From the human T2T-CHM13v2.0 reference genome, Homo sapiens: DNA of 64,000 nt. The notes under the pieces were generated by a model, which made no database searches, was not told the DNA's origin, and was given only the letters and a program-made list of their open reading frames with translations. This document shows, in pieces, positions 25,549 through 38,730 of the stretch. The stretch's first letter is position 1. Each line of letters opens with the position of its first letter. The stretch is from the NCBI RefSeq assembly GCF_009914755.1, contig NC_060935.1. One strand, given 5' to 3'. Position numbers and translations under genes: made by a program.

Positions 25549-26016
25549 TGTGGTTTAGAATGGCCACTTCTTTCAGCTCCTCGCATTAGGAGGTGGAGAC
25601 AGTTTTCCCCATTCTTGATTCTGGAATGGCCCAGTTAATTGTTCTCACCAGTTGAATGCAGTAGAGGTGGCACTGTGTGACTGTCCAGTCTCACTCAAGA
25701 GGCCTTGCAGTTTTTGTTCTCACTCTCTTGGAAAGCTGCTGCCCCCATATTAAAAACCTGGGTCAATATGCTGGAAAAGCCACATGGAAGAGAGCCAAGA
25801 CACTCAGCTGCAAATTCGATGTTACTGCCAAGTATGTGAAGGAAACTTTCTTGGATCCTCTGGCTGCAGCCAAAACACCATGAGTAATCCCAAGAGATGC
25901 CAACAGAAGAGCTGTGTGGCTGAGCCCAGATCCCAGAGCAAAATCATGAACAATACCTTTTGTTTGAAGGTTCTTTTTTGGAATGATTTGTTACACCGTA
26001 CTAGACAATTGATACA
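25549..26016 (+). mobile_element. MLT1G/H-like MaLR LTR
   Basis: tgtggttt start, aggaggtggag...aagaggccttgcag, end tttgttacaccgtactagacaattgataca. Confidence 0.65.
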
Positions 26017-28309
26017 GCCTCGCCCCAACTCCAACCTCAAAAAACTAGTCATTCGGAATTCTGAAAGACCACAGCACTCTATGTCTACTTCTATTATAGA
26101 TTCATATTTGACCATAATTATTTATTTCAACATTTCTCTGCACTACCAGACTTTGAGTTCCCTGGAACTAAAAATATTGCTTGGACCTCACGCTGTACCT
26201 GAATACCTGGTAAGCACTAAAGTAGTAATTGGCAAAGCAATGAAAAGCTAAAGAACTGGCCTTACTCAGGTTGATCCTGTCTGAGTGTGTTCGTCAAACC
26301 ACAGGCAGAAGGAACTTTCACTTCATACACTGGAAAGAATAGTGAACCTCATGCCTCAGTGGTGTGGCTCACCTGAGGTTAAGTTTAGCAGCAGTAGTAG
26401 ACTGGAACTTTTTAGAATGCTAAGATTCAACAGCCTCAGATGAACAGTATTTTACTAGCTCTGCCAATCTAAAAGCCTAGGGAACTCTTTGCTTGCAAAT
26501 AAAAGAATATAATTCCAAGCAAAATCCTGTAAGACTTGGCTTTGAGTCAAAATTATAAAAATAAAAACATTTGATTTTTACAATTCCTCTCTAGAGTTTT
26601 GTCCAGCATTATCCAGATGAAGTTGAATTATTCAATATACCCTATAGTTATTTACATATAACTGGTGACATGGCTGAAAAAAGGAGGATCTTATCAATTG
26701 TCTTCAGATAATAATTTCTCCAGTTTAGAACCATATTTTGCCTATATGTTAGCTGGACGAGTCCAACTATTGAATCATTAAGTAATCCATTTCTAAGCAT
26801 GGATATTAAGTTACTTTTTTACATTTAGTTAAGGTTGCATTATTGCATTTAGTACTATTTTCATCTTATGTGTTACTGTTAATATTATGTTATCTTTAAT
26901 CACTAGATGAAGTTGGAAGGCAAAAAATGAGTAAGGGGCTTGGAAGAAGAAATTTTCAATTCTTGTTTTGCTTTGTCAGTGACTTGCTCCTTGTCCCTTT
27001 TCGTCTTAAATATTTGTCCCTAGTTTCATTACTGGCAATGCCTTTTAATGAAAAAAGAAATGTTTTAATTAACCACAATAGTATTTGTTTATGTTAACTT
27101 AAAAATTACAGCATTTGCAAATTTTTAACTATAACCAAAATCAACAGCTAGCCTAATTTTAAAAAAGACTTTAGAATGCCTTGATATCTATTGGAACATT
27201 ACATATTTGTGATCCATTTTACTTTCTACTGTTGAACAGCAGATCCTTCTGGTTCAAGAAAGGCTACGACTCCTTATTAAGTTGCTGTAGTATTGGCAAA
27301 ATACAAACCAAACTCTATATTAGTGACCCTGTATTTATTTGTAAGAAAATTTAATCCATATGATTTTGAGTCATTGTCACTTACAGTAATACAAGCAAAT
27401 CATGCTGCGTAAGTGCTACTTGATTTCCAAGATGCCTTTTGAACCACCTTTTGAGGTGGTCTTTTTTATTTAGGACAAGAAGGTTTATTTTTACTGGTTG
27501 AAAAAAGGCTCAAGTTTGAGTAAAAATATGGGCATTCATCAAAACAGAGGATGAAAAACAGACTTCTTCAGACAAGTAACAGCGTAAGTGTTGAGGAGTG
27601 TTCTAGACAGATAGACTGACTCAGCTGTGACATGTACACTTTCTGGGCAAAGATTAACCCTCCTGCCAGCATAAGCCGACAGTAATAAGCAAGTCAACTT
27701 TTCTTTTCCACATTGTCCAATGTAGACAACTGGTGACTGAATTAAAAATGCAAATCAAATTATTGTAAAGTGAATGTGTGTTGATTTTGTAACATTTATT
27801 TAGGTGGGAGAGCCAGGGTTTGAATCAGTCTTGTGTTGTCTGTTGAACTGGGTGCTGAATGGAATCCACCTAAACTGGCTCGTCCTCAAACTTCATACCA
27901 GAGCAATGAATCACCTTCAAAGCTAACTCAGGGAGCATATTGGCTCCAAAGACCATTAACCCTGGGAACTCCCCAACTGAAAGGTGGGACTGGAGAGATT
28001 TAGAACTGCTGGCTTGGAGTTGTGAGTCATGGTTGAATGCCAACAACCTGGCATAAATCACAGAAGCACTTGAATTTCACATTCATTACTTACAACAGTG
28101 TGGAAATTGCTCAACATTTATGGCAGACATGCATTCCACAGATATAAAAATAAAACTTTATTAGAAAACTTGATATTAAATTTAGACACTGAGAATTAAA
28201 TTCCAGGAGAGCCAATCTTTATCAAATCATAAATAAGAAATAGAGTGGTTCCATTGTTTAACTTTTCTTTTTCATAATCTATATGGCTAAAAATCTTAAT
28301 CAAAAGACA

Positions 28310-28480
28310 TGACATTTAGAGACAAAAAAACATAGATTTAAGATCCTACTCTGCTGATCACTAGTTAATTGATGTTGGGAAATCACAAAACTCTCTATTG
28401 TAGCTTTAGTTTTTTCAGCCTAATGTGCATCATAGGGTTAACATCGAGATCCAATGAGGTACTATGTCTAGCAACCTTTT
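28310..28480 (+). mobile_element. MIR fragment
   Basis: gatttaagatcctactctgctgatcactagttaattgatgttgggaaatcac. Confidence 0.5.
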
Positions 28481-29698
28481 AGAGACATTAATTTAGAGTC
28501 ATTCATTTATTCTTTGGATTATATGTGCAAAATTGAGAAAAAGGCGTAAGCACAAAATTTCATGTGACTAAAACTCAGGAATCTCTGAATATTTTTAATC
28601 TCTGTAGGAAAATGTTGTAAGATCTATAACACTGTATTTCAATCTGTTTCTAGGCATTAAGAACTTATTTGCCTCATAACCCAAATTCCTGCTCCCCAAT
28701 AAAAAATGAGTAACATCAGGGTATAAAATGCCAGCTGGAAGAGTATTCGCAACCATATACAATGAAGAGTCACACTTCCAAGAAGAAAGCCGATGTCCCA
28801 CTTCAGCATCAAATCTAAGACACTGCATTTCACTTTTTCTGTACAAATATCATAATCTGTTTGTTAATCTCTTGGTTTTATTTCAAAAATGAAACTATAT
28901 TTAGAGAGGGAACAAATTCTACCAGTTGCTGTTGGAAGCAAAAGATCTTTTTCATTCTTGGATGCTTTATATTTGGACAGAGAAAGGTACATATTTGAAC
29001 CATATGTGAATTCAAGTCTAATGTATTAGTTTGATTGTGCCAGAGTTCCTAGAGGGCTCCAGAAACCAAAGGATGTGGCTGTTCACCCTAATTTTGGAGA
29101 ATTGAATGCCTTTGCTCACAGTAGGAATCCAGAATAGAACGTAGCAACTTCTGTTCCTCATGATTTTGTATACTCCATCCATAATCATCTGTCCTCATTC
29201 CAGACGCTAGCTTGGTTTACCGTATGGTAGCAAAATCAGTCAGTTTTCATTTTCTCGGGGAGAGAGGAGACTACTGGCAGGAGGAAGAGGAAGGCAGAGT
29301 AGAATGACAAAATTGTGTGTGTGAAACATGGCTGCTCAGCCCAGTACTAGCAATAGCAATCATTTTGCTATCTTTCTTCCATGTCTATTAAGTGAGAGTT
29401 TGGCCTGGTTGATTTCTAAGATTTTTTCTATGTCCAACAGTGAGCAATCTTATCAAATTCTTGAACTAGGCCACCACAGATGACTACAATCATTTGGCTC
29501 ATATAAAGATGAATTAATGCAAAAAATGCTTGCATAAATGAAGGTATGGCACAAAAGAAATATAAATGGAGGTAAAGAGAGCTATACCATTTTAATGCAA
29601 TCATGATTTTGACTTCAGTACACTCTGGAATATACCAATCAAATTACAACATCTTCTCCCTAAGGCAGGCATTTCAGTAGTGGACATAAGAGAACTAG

Positions 29699-30124
29699 TG
29701 TATCAGTCAGGATCCTCCATAGAAAAAGAACCAAGAGAATATGTCAATCCACCCTTGTTTGTTTGATTGATTGAGTAGTTGCCTCATCCCAGTTGTCAGG
29801 ACTGTCAAGTCTGAAACCCATATGTCAGGCTCACAGTGTGGAAACTCTGGTAGGATTTGATGCTACAGATTTGATGCTAGGGCCTTGAGACAGAATTCCT
29901 CCTCCAGGGTATCCCTTAGACTGTCCTTCAACAGACGAATGGTTCAGCTTACTGTGCTGTTCAGCTTTCAATTGATTGGATGACATTCGTCCACATTATC
30001 ATGGGTAATACCTTTTACTTAAAGACAACTGCATCAGCAAAATAACTTCACAGTAACACCCAGACTAGCGTTTGATTAAATAACCTGCTTTTTAGCTGAG
30101 TTAACCAGAAGACTAACCATAACA
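29699..30124 (-). mobile_element. MLT2 (ERVL) solo LTR
   Basis: tgtatcagtcaggatcctcc...taaccataaca; perfect 5-bp TSD actag (29694-29698, 30125-30129). Confidence 0.85.
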
Positions 30125-30454
30125 ACTAGTATAGTGTTGAGTTAAAGAATATTCCCTTTTCAATAAAACATTAGGGATTCCGCAAAATAGAGTTAATGCT
30201 CTGAAATTTGTCAGCGTTTGTAACAGATTTTACATTTCTGCCAGTCCATGTCAATATTTTCTTCATGCGTCTAGTTTCCAGTTTATTTAGTTAAAGATGC
30301 CCAAACCACTTGGTGATTGAGCAAATGACTTTGTTTCCAATGGCATTATGTATAGGAATATTTTAATAGGAACTTGTTCACAAGTCTACATTTATGCACA
30401 TTTTTGAATGTTAAAAAATTTACAGAATTTTTTAAATCAATGGGCATAACCATG

Positions 30455-30800
30455 TAGAATCTTAGAACTGCATGGGCCTTCAAGATTATGTCGCTCTACT
30501 TTTCACTCAATGCCACAATATCTTCTTCCTTAATGTTGAAATTTTTAGTAGAATATTCCTGATGATGGGTAGATTACTACTTCAAATATCAGTGGATTCT
30601 CAGTTCTAAATAGCTCATTATTGGAAAGATCTTTCACGAGATGGCCTGTGTCTATCAACCTGATAGTTCCAGCCACTGACCATCTCTCTGCTCTGTAAAG
30701 ACATGTATGATAATCTATCATTTCTATAAATCCAATCCTAGTTTCACATATGATCTCTAAAATATTTGTAAACAGCTCCCTGCTTTCTTCACCATACCTC
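30455..30800 (-). mobile_element. L3/CR1 LINE fragment
   Basis: tagaatcttagaactg...gatgatgggtagattactacttc...tagctcattattggaaagatcttt resembles the antisense L3 3' end. Confidence 0.55.
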
Positions 30801-31434
30801 AGGTGGCACTATAAATTGCTTTCACTATCTCCCTAATCCCCACTATGCTCTAAAAATAAAAAAAAGGAGTATTAATTCATCAGATGTTTATTGAGTTGAA
30901 TCTATATGTAAGATGCTAGATGAAGTTTTGGCATTGTGCCATTTATCTAAAAAACTCAGACAAAGGCATTTTTAGTCAATGTAATAAAGCCTTAAAATGA
31001 ATTTAAGGCCAAGATATAGGTATCCATACTTTTAGAATAACTAAATCTTGGTTATTCCTTCACAACAAAAAAGGCAAAAGCCATGTTAATAAATGGATAA
31101 TACGTTTTTATGCAAACTAGATACACACCATTGGAAGGAAATAGCAATGTTGGTGAACTATGTTTGAGTTTAGGAATTTAGTAGGAAATCAGATAACTTC
31201 TGAAGATAACCATTTTCTTTTCCTTTTCTTCTTCATCAATCCAAACAGAATCAGAATCCATCCTTCTTTTTCCTAACCGGAATTTGAGAGACATGAGAAG
31301 GGAACTAAACACACAGGCTTCAGGATCTGGTGGAAAGAGATAAGGTGTCTCAACGACTGTTGGGTAAGGATGGGGTGTCAGGGACATCTGAACGAAGAAA
31401 GAGTTTAAAGGAGAGGCCTGTGGAGAGGCACAAA

Positions 31435-33094
31435 TGTGTCCGAGATTGGTGGGTTCTTGGTCTCACTGACTTCAAGAATGAAGCCGTGGACCCCTGCCGT
31501 GAGTGTTACAGTTCTTAAACATGGTGTGTCAGGAGTTTGTTCCTTCTGAAGTTCAGACGTGTTCAAGAGTTTCTTCCTTCTGGTGGGTTCTTGGTCTCGC
31601 TAGCTTCAGGAGTGAAGCTGCAGACCTTTGCGGTATTACAGCTCTTAAGACAGGGCATCTGGAGTTGTTCACTCCTCCCGGTGGGTTCGTGGTCTCACTG
31701 GCCTCAGGAATGAAGCTGCAGACCTTCGTGGTGAGTGTTACAGCTCGTTAAAAGCAGTGGGGACCCAAAGAGTGAGCAGCCACAACATTTATCAGAAAGA
31801 GTGAAACAACGAAGACTGGGTTGCCACTGCAGGCTCGGGCAGCCTGCGTTTATTCCTTTATCTGACTCCACCCACATCCTGCTGATTGGCCCATTTTACA
31901 GAGAACTGATTGGTCCATTTTACAGAGAGCTGATTGGCCCGTTCTGACAGGTAACTGATTGGTGCATTTACAATCCCTGAGCTAGACACAGAGTGCTGAT
32001 TGCTGCATTTACAATCCTCCAGCTAGACCGTAAAAGTTCTCCAAGTCCCCACCAGATTAGCTAGACACAGAGCACTGATTGGTGTGTTTACAAACCTTTA
32101 GCTAGATACAGAGTGCTGATTGGTGCATTTACAAACCTTGAGCTAGACACTGAGTGCTGATTCGTGCATTTACAAACCTTGAGCTAGACACAGGGTGCTG
32201 ATTGGTGCGTTTACAAACTTTGAGCTAGACACAGAGTGCTGATTGGTGTGTTTACAAACCTTGAGCTAGACACAGAATGCTGATTGGTGTATTTACAATC
32301 CTTTAGCTAGACATAAAAGTTCTCCAAGTCCCCACCAGATTAGCTAGATACAGAGTGCTGACTGGTGCATCCACGAACCCGGAGCTAGACACAGAGTGCT
32401 GATTGGTGCATATACAATCCTCCAGCTAGACAAAAAAGTTCTCCATGTCCCCACCCAACTCAGGAACCTAGCTGGCTTCGCCTAGTGGATCCGGTGCCAG
32501 GGCCACGGGTGGAGCTGCCTGCCAGTCCCATGTTGTGCACCTGCACTTCTCAGCCCTTGGGTGATCAATGGGACCGGGAGCCTAGAAGGAGTGGGCGGCA
32601 CCCGTCAGGGAGGCTCAGGCCGCACTGGAGCGCACCACGGGGGGACTTGGGCATGGCAGGCTGCAGGTCCTGAGCCCTGCCCCATGGAGAGGCAGCTGAG
32701 GCCTGGCAAGAATTTGAGCACGACATGGGTGGGCCAGCAGTGCTGGGGGGACTCGGCACCCCCTCTGCAGCTGCTGGCCCGGGTGCTAAGCCCCTCATTG
32801 CCCAGGGCCGGCGGCGCCAGCCGTTGCCTCTAAGCAGGGCCTGCCGAGCCCACGCCCACCTGGAACTCGCCCTGGCCCACGAGTGCCATGCTGCAGCCCA
32901 GGTTCCCGCCCACGCCTCTCCTTCTACACCTCCCCGCAAGCAGAGGGAGCAGGCTCCAGCCTTGGCCAGCCCAGAGAGGGGCTCCCACAGTGCACTGGCG
33001 GGCTGAAGGGCTCCTCAAGCGTGGCCAGAGCGGATGCCCAGGCCGAGGAGGCGCTGAGAGCGAGTGTGGGCCGCCAGCATGTTGTCACCTCTCA
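31435..33094 (-). mobile_element. LTR12-family (ERV9) solo LTR, 1660 bp
   Basis: Minus strand tgagaggtgaca...cggacaca; GC-rich U3; ~41-bp CCAAT subrepeats; 4-bp TSD caaa/caag; no PBS or internal genes. Confidence 0.95.
31820..32410 (-). promoter_or_regulatory. LTR12 enhancer/promoter (about ten CCAAT boxes, GATA, AATAAA-type TATA) firing leftwards
   Basis: Repeated ctgattgg; ttatc at 31858-31862; tttatt at 31849-31854; known ERV9 LTR layout. Confidence 0.65.
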
Positions 33095-33254
33095 CAAGGA
33101 TTAAAGTGAAGAGTGCTTAAAATCTTCTGGAACACCTTCCCTTCCCCGTAACTGCTTAAATATCTCAGTAATATTTTATAATTACTGAAGATATTTCCAC
33201 AAATGGAAACATTTCCTTAGATGTGTTTGTTCAACCTAAATCAATATGGTGGTT

Positions 33255-33810
33255 AAAACCTGTATATGAATGTTTAGAGCAGCTCTATCCATAATGTCCA
33301 AGTACTAGAGCAAACCAGATGTCCTTCAACAGATGAATGCTTCAGCCAACTGTGCTGTATCCATAGCACGAAACACTCACTACCCAGTGATTTAAAAAAA
33401 AAAAAAATACCAAACTACCGATACATGCAAAAATTTGTATCCAAGGAATTAGGCTGAGTGAAAGAAAAAAAAAAAGCCAGCCCTGAAGGCCTACATACTA
33501 TTTGATTTCATTTATACAACATTCTTTAGGTGACATAATTAGAGAAATGGAAAATGGATTGGTGATTTTTAAAGACTGAGGGAGGTGGTAGGAAACTGTG
33601 GCTACGAAACAGCAATACAGGACCTTTGTGATGGCAGAACTCTTCTATCTCTTGCCCATATCAATGTCAATATCCTGGTGTAATATTATACAATGGTTTT
33701 GCAACATGTTACCATTGAGGAAGACTAGGTAAAGTTCACATGGGATCTTTCTCTATTATGTCTTACTGCTGCATGTGAATCTATAATTATCTCAAAATAA
33801 AAAGTTTAAA
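33255..33810 (+). mobile_element. L1MC-type 3' end
   Basis: ccagatgtccttcaacagatgaatg; end gcatgtgaatctataattatctcaaaataaaaagtttaaa. Confidence 0.8.
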
Positions 33811-35266
33811 TAATCATATGGGCATATTTAGGTCTGCACCTGCATTATCTATTCTGCTCTTTTTCTATTGATCTATGTCTGTCTCTCCACCAATTCTACA
33901 CTGTCTTGATTACTGCAGCCTTAGTAAGCCTTCGTATCGGGTGGAGTGCCTCTTCCCACTTTATTCTTTACTTTCAAGATTGTTGTCACATTTCTAGGCT
34001 ATATGTCTTTTCATACTAATTTTCAAATACACTTGTGTATGTCTACAAAATGTCTTGCTGAGATTTAGATAGGAATTATATTATACCTATAGATCAATTT
34101 GGGGAGAATTGACAATTGTATTATTTTGAGTCTTTTCAATTCATAAACACAGTATTCCCATTTATTTAGCTCTTAAGTTTCATCATAGCATTTTATAATT
34201 TTCAGCATAAAGAGATTGTACATATCCTGTTAAGTTTATAGCTAAGTATTTCATTTTCTTTGGAGTTATTTTGTAAAAGATTGTGTTTTGAATTGTGTGT
34301 CTAATTTTGATTTTCAGGTATTTGTTGTTAGTACACAGAAATGTGACTAATTTTTGTGTGTTGGTCTTGTATTCTGAAAACTTGAGGACTTTTTGGGAGG
34401 CAGATTCCTTGAAATTTTCTATGTAAATAATTATGTCATCTGAAAATAGGGACAGTTTTATTTCTTACTTTACAAACTTCCAACCTGTTTGTTTGTTTCA
34501 TTTGCCTTATTGTAATGGCTGAAACTTTTAGTACTATGTTGATTAAGGTTAGTGGATAGATATCCTTGCCTTGTTCCTAATCTTAGGGAGAAAATTTGGT
34601 GAGAAAGTCATCTACACTTAGGTGTGATGTTAGATAAAGGGTTATTATAGATGCTCATTAGTAAGTTGAAGAAGTTCCCTTCTATTCCTATTTTTCTGAG
34701 TTATTTTTTTCAATCATGAATGGATGTTGAATTTTGTCAAATGCTTTGCTCTATATTGATTTATATGACCATGTGATTTTTCTTCTTTAACATGTTGATA
34801 TGGCGAATTATACTGGTCGATTTTGAATGTTAGATCGGCCCCACATAGTTGGAATAAAGCCTGCTTAGTCATGGTATATAATTCATTTTATATATTGCTG
34901 TAGTTGATTTGCTAATATTTTGTGGAGGATTTTTGTTATGAGGAATAATTGCCTATAGTTTTCTTTATTTTTTTAAATTTGTATTTTCTTTTCAGTTTTT
35001 GGTATCAGAGTAATTCTAGTCTCAAAAAATGAGATGAAAAATATTACCTAAAATTGGTGTCAATCCTTCTTAAAAGTTGGTAGCACTCTCCAGTGAAACC
35101 ACCTGGACCTGGACATTTCTTCTTCCAGACATCTTAATTACAAATTGAATTTCCTTAATGGTTATAGAAATATTCAGATTGGCAAACTCATCTTGGCTGA
35201 GTTTGGGTGGCTGGTGGTTTTCAAGGAATTGGTCTGTTTTTTTCTGTGTTGTTGAATTTATGAGCA
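33811..35266 (-). mobile_element. L1M ORF2 fragment
   Basis: Antisense ORF2 hallmarks: gatcaatttggggagaattgac, ccttgccttgttcctaatcttaggg, ccagtgaaaccacctggacctgg. Confidence 0.85.
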
Positions 35267-35297
35267 TTCAAAGGGTTAAAACATATTAATAGTCTGC

Positions 35298-35780
35298 TGT
35301 GGTATAGTCAAGCTCCAAGATGAGCCTCAATGATTCTTGCCTCTTGCTATTCACACTCTTGTGTAGTCACCTTGCACATTATACTGGAGTTAGCCTGTGT
35401 GAAATATAGACTATGTCAGAAATGGCAATTATGTCTCTTCCAACACTGGGTTATAAAAGACATTGCAGCTTCTGGTATAGTCTCTGTCTCTCTCTGACTA
35501 TGGCTCTGAGGAAATCCAGCTGCCACATTGTGTGTAGCTCTATGGAGAAGCCATGTGGTGGAGACATCAGCTCTGTGAGTGCACCATCTTGGATATGGAT
35601 TCTCCAGTCCAGTCAAGGTTTCAGATGCCTGCAGCTCTGGCCAACATCTTGCCCACAATTTCATGAGGGACCATGGTCCAGGCCATTCAGCTAAGCTCCT
35701 CCTAAATTCCTGTCTCTCACAAATTCTAAGATAATAAATGTTATGGAGAAATTTATTAGGCAACAATAGATAACTAATAA
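35298..35780 (+). mobile_element. MLT1F-like MaLR LTR
   Basis: tgtggta...caagatgagcctcaatgattcttgcctc...caatagataactaata. Confidence 0.75.
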
Positions 35781-35864
35781 GATTGCCATTAATATAATTT
35801 TAGGACCATTGAACCAGAATGATTTTCCTTTTTCTTCAGTTTTAATTATTTGATCTTTCTTTTA

Positions 35865-35965
35865 TTCATTCATTTATTCATTCCTTCAGTAAATAAATAT
35901 TGAATAGACCTCTACTATATGCCATACATTATATTGGGTCTGAGAATACAAGAATGTTAAACAGA
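35865..35965 (-). mobile_element. L2 3' end
   Basis: (cattcatt)-like tail then aaatattgaatagacctctactatatgcca. Confidence 0.55.
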
Positions 35966-36654
35966 ATATTAAATAGAATTTTCCTTTTCTATCAGCCCCA
36001 AATTAAGGGGCAATAGATAATTGCTCCTTTCTCCTAAAGATAATATCTTGGAATTACAACATATACCTTCTAGGGCTTAATAAAAAATAGTAGGATTAGT
36101 CCTGTGCCCCTCAAGCCAGGTAGCTTCTGGAGAAGCAACCAGCTTCTACCAAGCAAGGCCAGAAATCTAAAAGGAATTCATAAATGAGAGTTGTTAGAGT
36201 AGGAAGAGCATGAGAGAAACGCTCTGGCCTTTCTCCTCTCCTTCCCATTGTGGGGATTTTTCAAGAGGGTCTCCACAGAGATGGAGTTGAAGTGCCTCAA
36301 GAAGATTGGCAACTTATTCACCAGCCTAATTAAGCGGAGCTGCAGAATCACTTATGCTTAAATCAGTACTGCTGCTGAGCTGAGGAATTTCACCCAGGTA
36401 TGACAAGCATGCACTGGGGTTTAAAGTTTATAGGCTAGAATGGAAACCAATAACTGCTTCTTTTATGGTGCATTCCTAAGGCAGGAGACTGTCTGGAGTA
36501 GCTACCATTGTAAAGGAGAGAGTGCAGCAGTAGCCAGCACAGCTTCTATACACCTGTCTCCAACCCTTCATCCCTTTCCCTTCCTTCTCCCTGGGAAGTC
36601 GGAAGCAGCAGAGAGAGGAAGTAAAGGAATGATGGAAAATTAAACATTCCCTCC

Positions 36655-36656
<2 letters not shown>

Positions 36657-36699
<43 letters not shown>
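36657..36699. repeat. (CA)21 microsatellite
   Basis: Pure AC run. Confidence 0.97.
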
Positions 36700-36701
<2 letters not shown>

Positions 36702-37859
36702 ATCCCTGAACAATGAGTTAAATCTGAATTTGGATAGAGCAGATAAATAGTATTGCATATGAGATATGAGGTTTCAATGGATTTAGCAATCCCAGAATGT
36801 GACCACAAATCTATGAAATATGCTTGAGCTGTGATGAGAAGTGGGAAAGGAAGATACAAAAGGACATGTCTGAAAATAGTTATTAGAGAAGAATAATTTT
36901 TTTTACTGTCAGAATTCAGGTCTTCAATGAACAAGTTAATCAACAATGAATTAAAAGTAGAGACACTGTCTTCCTGGTGTCTGGAATCTTTTCATGTTGG
37001 TCTTTCAGTCCCTGGAATTCACAATAAGGAGAAAATGACTTACAAGATATTTGCTTAGCTGTTGACTTGATCTGGGAATATACCAGAATACAGAGAGGGA
37101 ACAATATCCAAAATGGCGTGAAACAAAAATAATTTTGGTGAGGGGGTGAAAGGGCCAAGAAAAAAACAAGAAGGAAAGGGAAACTGAAAACCAGAAAACA
37201 AGCCTCTGGTGAGTGTCGTAGGAACCGACTGCCTCTGTCTCTTCCTTAATCCACTTCTGCCAAATGAATAGAATTCTCTCCCTGTCTCAGCAGCTCATGT
37301 GCGCCTTGAGTTTATATCCATATATCTGTAATGGTGGGCACAGTGTAGGGTGAGAAGGGGAAGAGTAGAAGAGATTATTTAAAAAGAAAGTTTTACAACC
37401 AGGAAGTATTGGAAGAGGCAAATCATGGCAACTCTGGATGTTTTTCCTAAAACCCCAGAGAGAACTGACTCTAAATAAGCTAAATTTTTCTCTAGATAAA
37501 AAGTCTTTTTCCTCCTGGAGTCCCAACAGTCCCTTGCATCATAAATGAAGCCAGAAAAAAAAAAGTTATGTTGAATAGAACTTGGTAAACTTATCCGTTG
37601 CCAAGTTACAACGATGTGACATCCCACCTCTAGCAATAAGAAAAGCTGTAGCTTTGGATCTATGAACACAGAAGTGTTATAATAATTGTTCAGTCACATC
37701 CTATTCGCCTAAGAAAAATAACTTGCCTTTATAAATTACTCACTAGCAGGGAGTATCTCAGCACTGAATGAATTTCGCTATATTTTCACTAGTCTTCAAA
37801 TAAAATCTCTTCATCACAAGACACTGAAATGGACAGGACTATTCAAGAAGTGGAATTTA

Positions 37860-38146
37860 GGCTGGGAACAGTGGCTCACACCTGTAATCCCAGCACTTTG
37901 GGAGTCCAAGGCAGGAGGATCATTTGAGTCCAGGAATAAGAGATCAGCCCAGGCAACATGCTAAGGCCCCATCTCTACAAAAAATGCAAACGTTAGCCAG
38001 CATGGCGGTGCAAGCCTATGGTCCCAGCTACTCGGGAGGCTGAGGTGGGAGGATAACTTGAGCCCAGGAGGTTAAGGCTACAGAGAGCTATATAACTGCA
38101 CTCCAGCCTCGGCGACAGAATTAGACCTTGCCTAAAAAATAAAAAG
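37860..38146 (+). mobile_element. AluJ
   Basis: AluJ-type ggaggatcatttgagtccagga and gaggtgggaggataacttgagccc; TSD gtggaattta (37850-37859, 38147-38156). Confidence 0.92.
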
Positions 38147-38410
38147 GTGGAATTTAGAAAGTCAGCATATATTTCCTCTGCTTTTAAAAAATCTCTGCAA
38201 AGATATCTTGCATAATTATGCCCACCTCCCACCTCTGTGGATCAAGAGCCACCTTATGTTTGCAAAAACTTAAATTTTACAGAACATTTTAGAAGAGGTC
38301 TGATTAGTTGTTTCTGGAACAAGATGGACTTGGAATACCAAAGACACACAGAGAGTAAAGAAGCTTGGGTCTAAGTGAAGGCTGGTCCTTTTATCTTATG
38401 TGTAACTTTT

Positions 38411-38730
<320 letters not shown>

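Noticed and set aside
27443-27467. accacct-tttg-aggtggt hairpin followed by a T-run, like a bacterial intrinsic terminator or histone stem-loop
   Set aside because: A 7-bp stem is expected by chance in 64 kb; it does not match the histone stem-loop consensus and no gene lies upstream
31880-32450. Regular ~41-bp repeats resembling a CRISPR array (also 54790-55235)
   Set aside because: Tandem LTR12 enhancer subrepeats with no unique spacers; eukaryotic context, no cas genes
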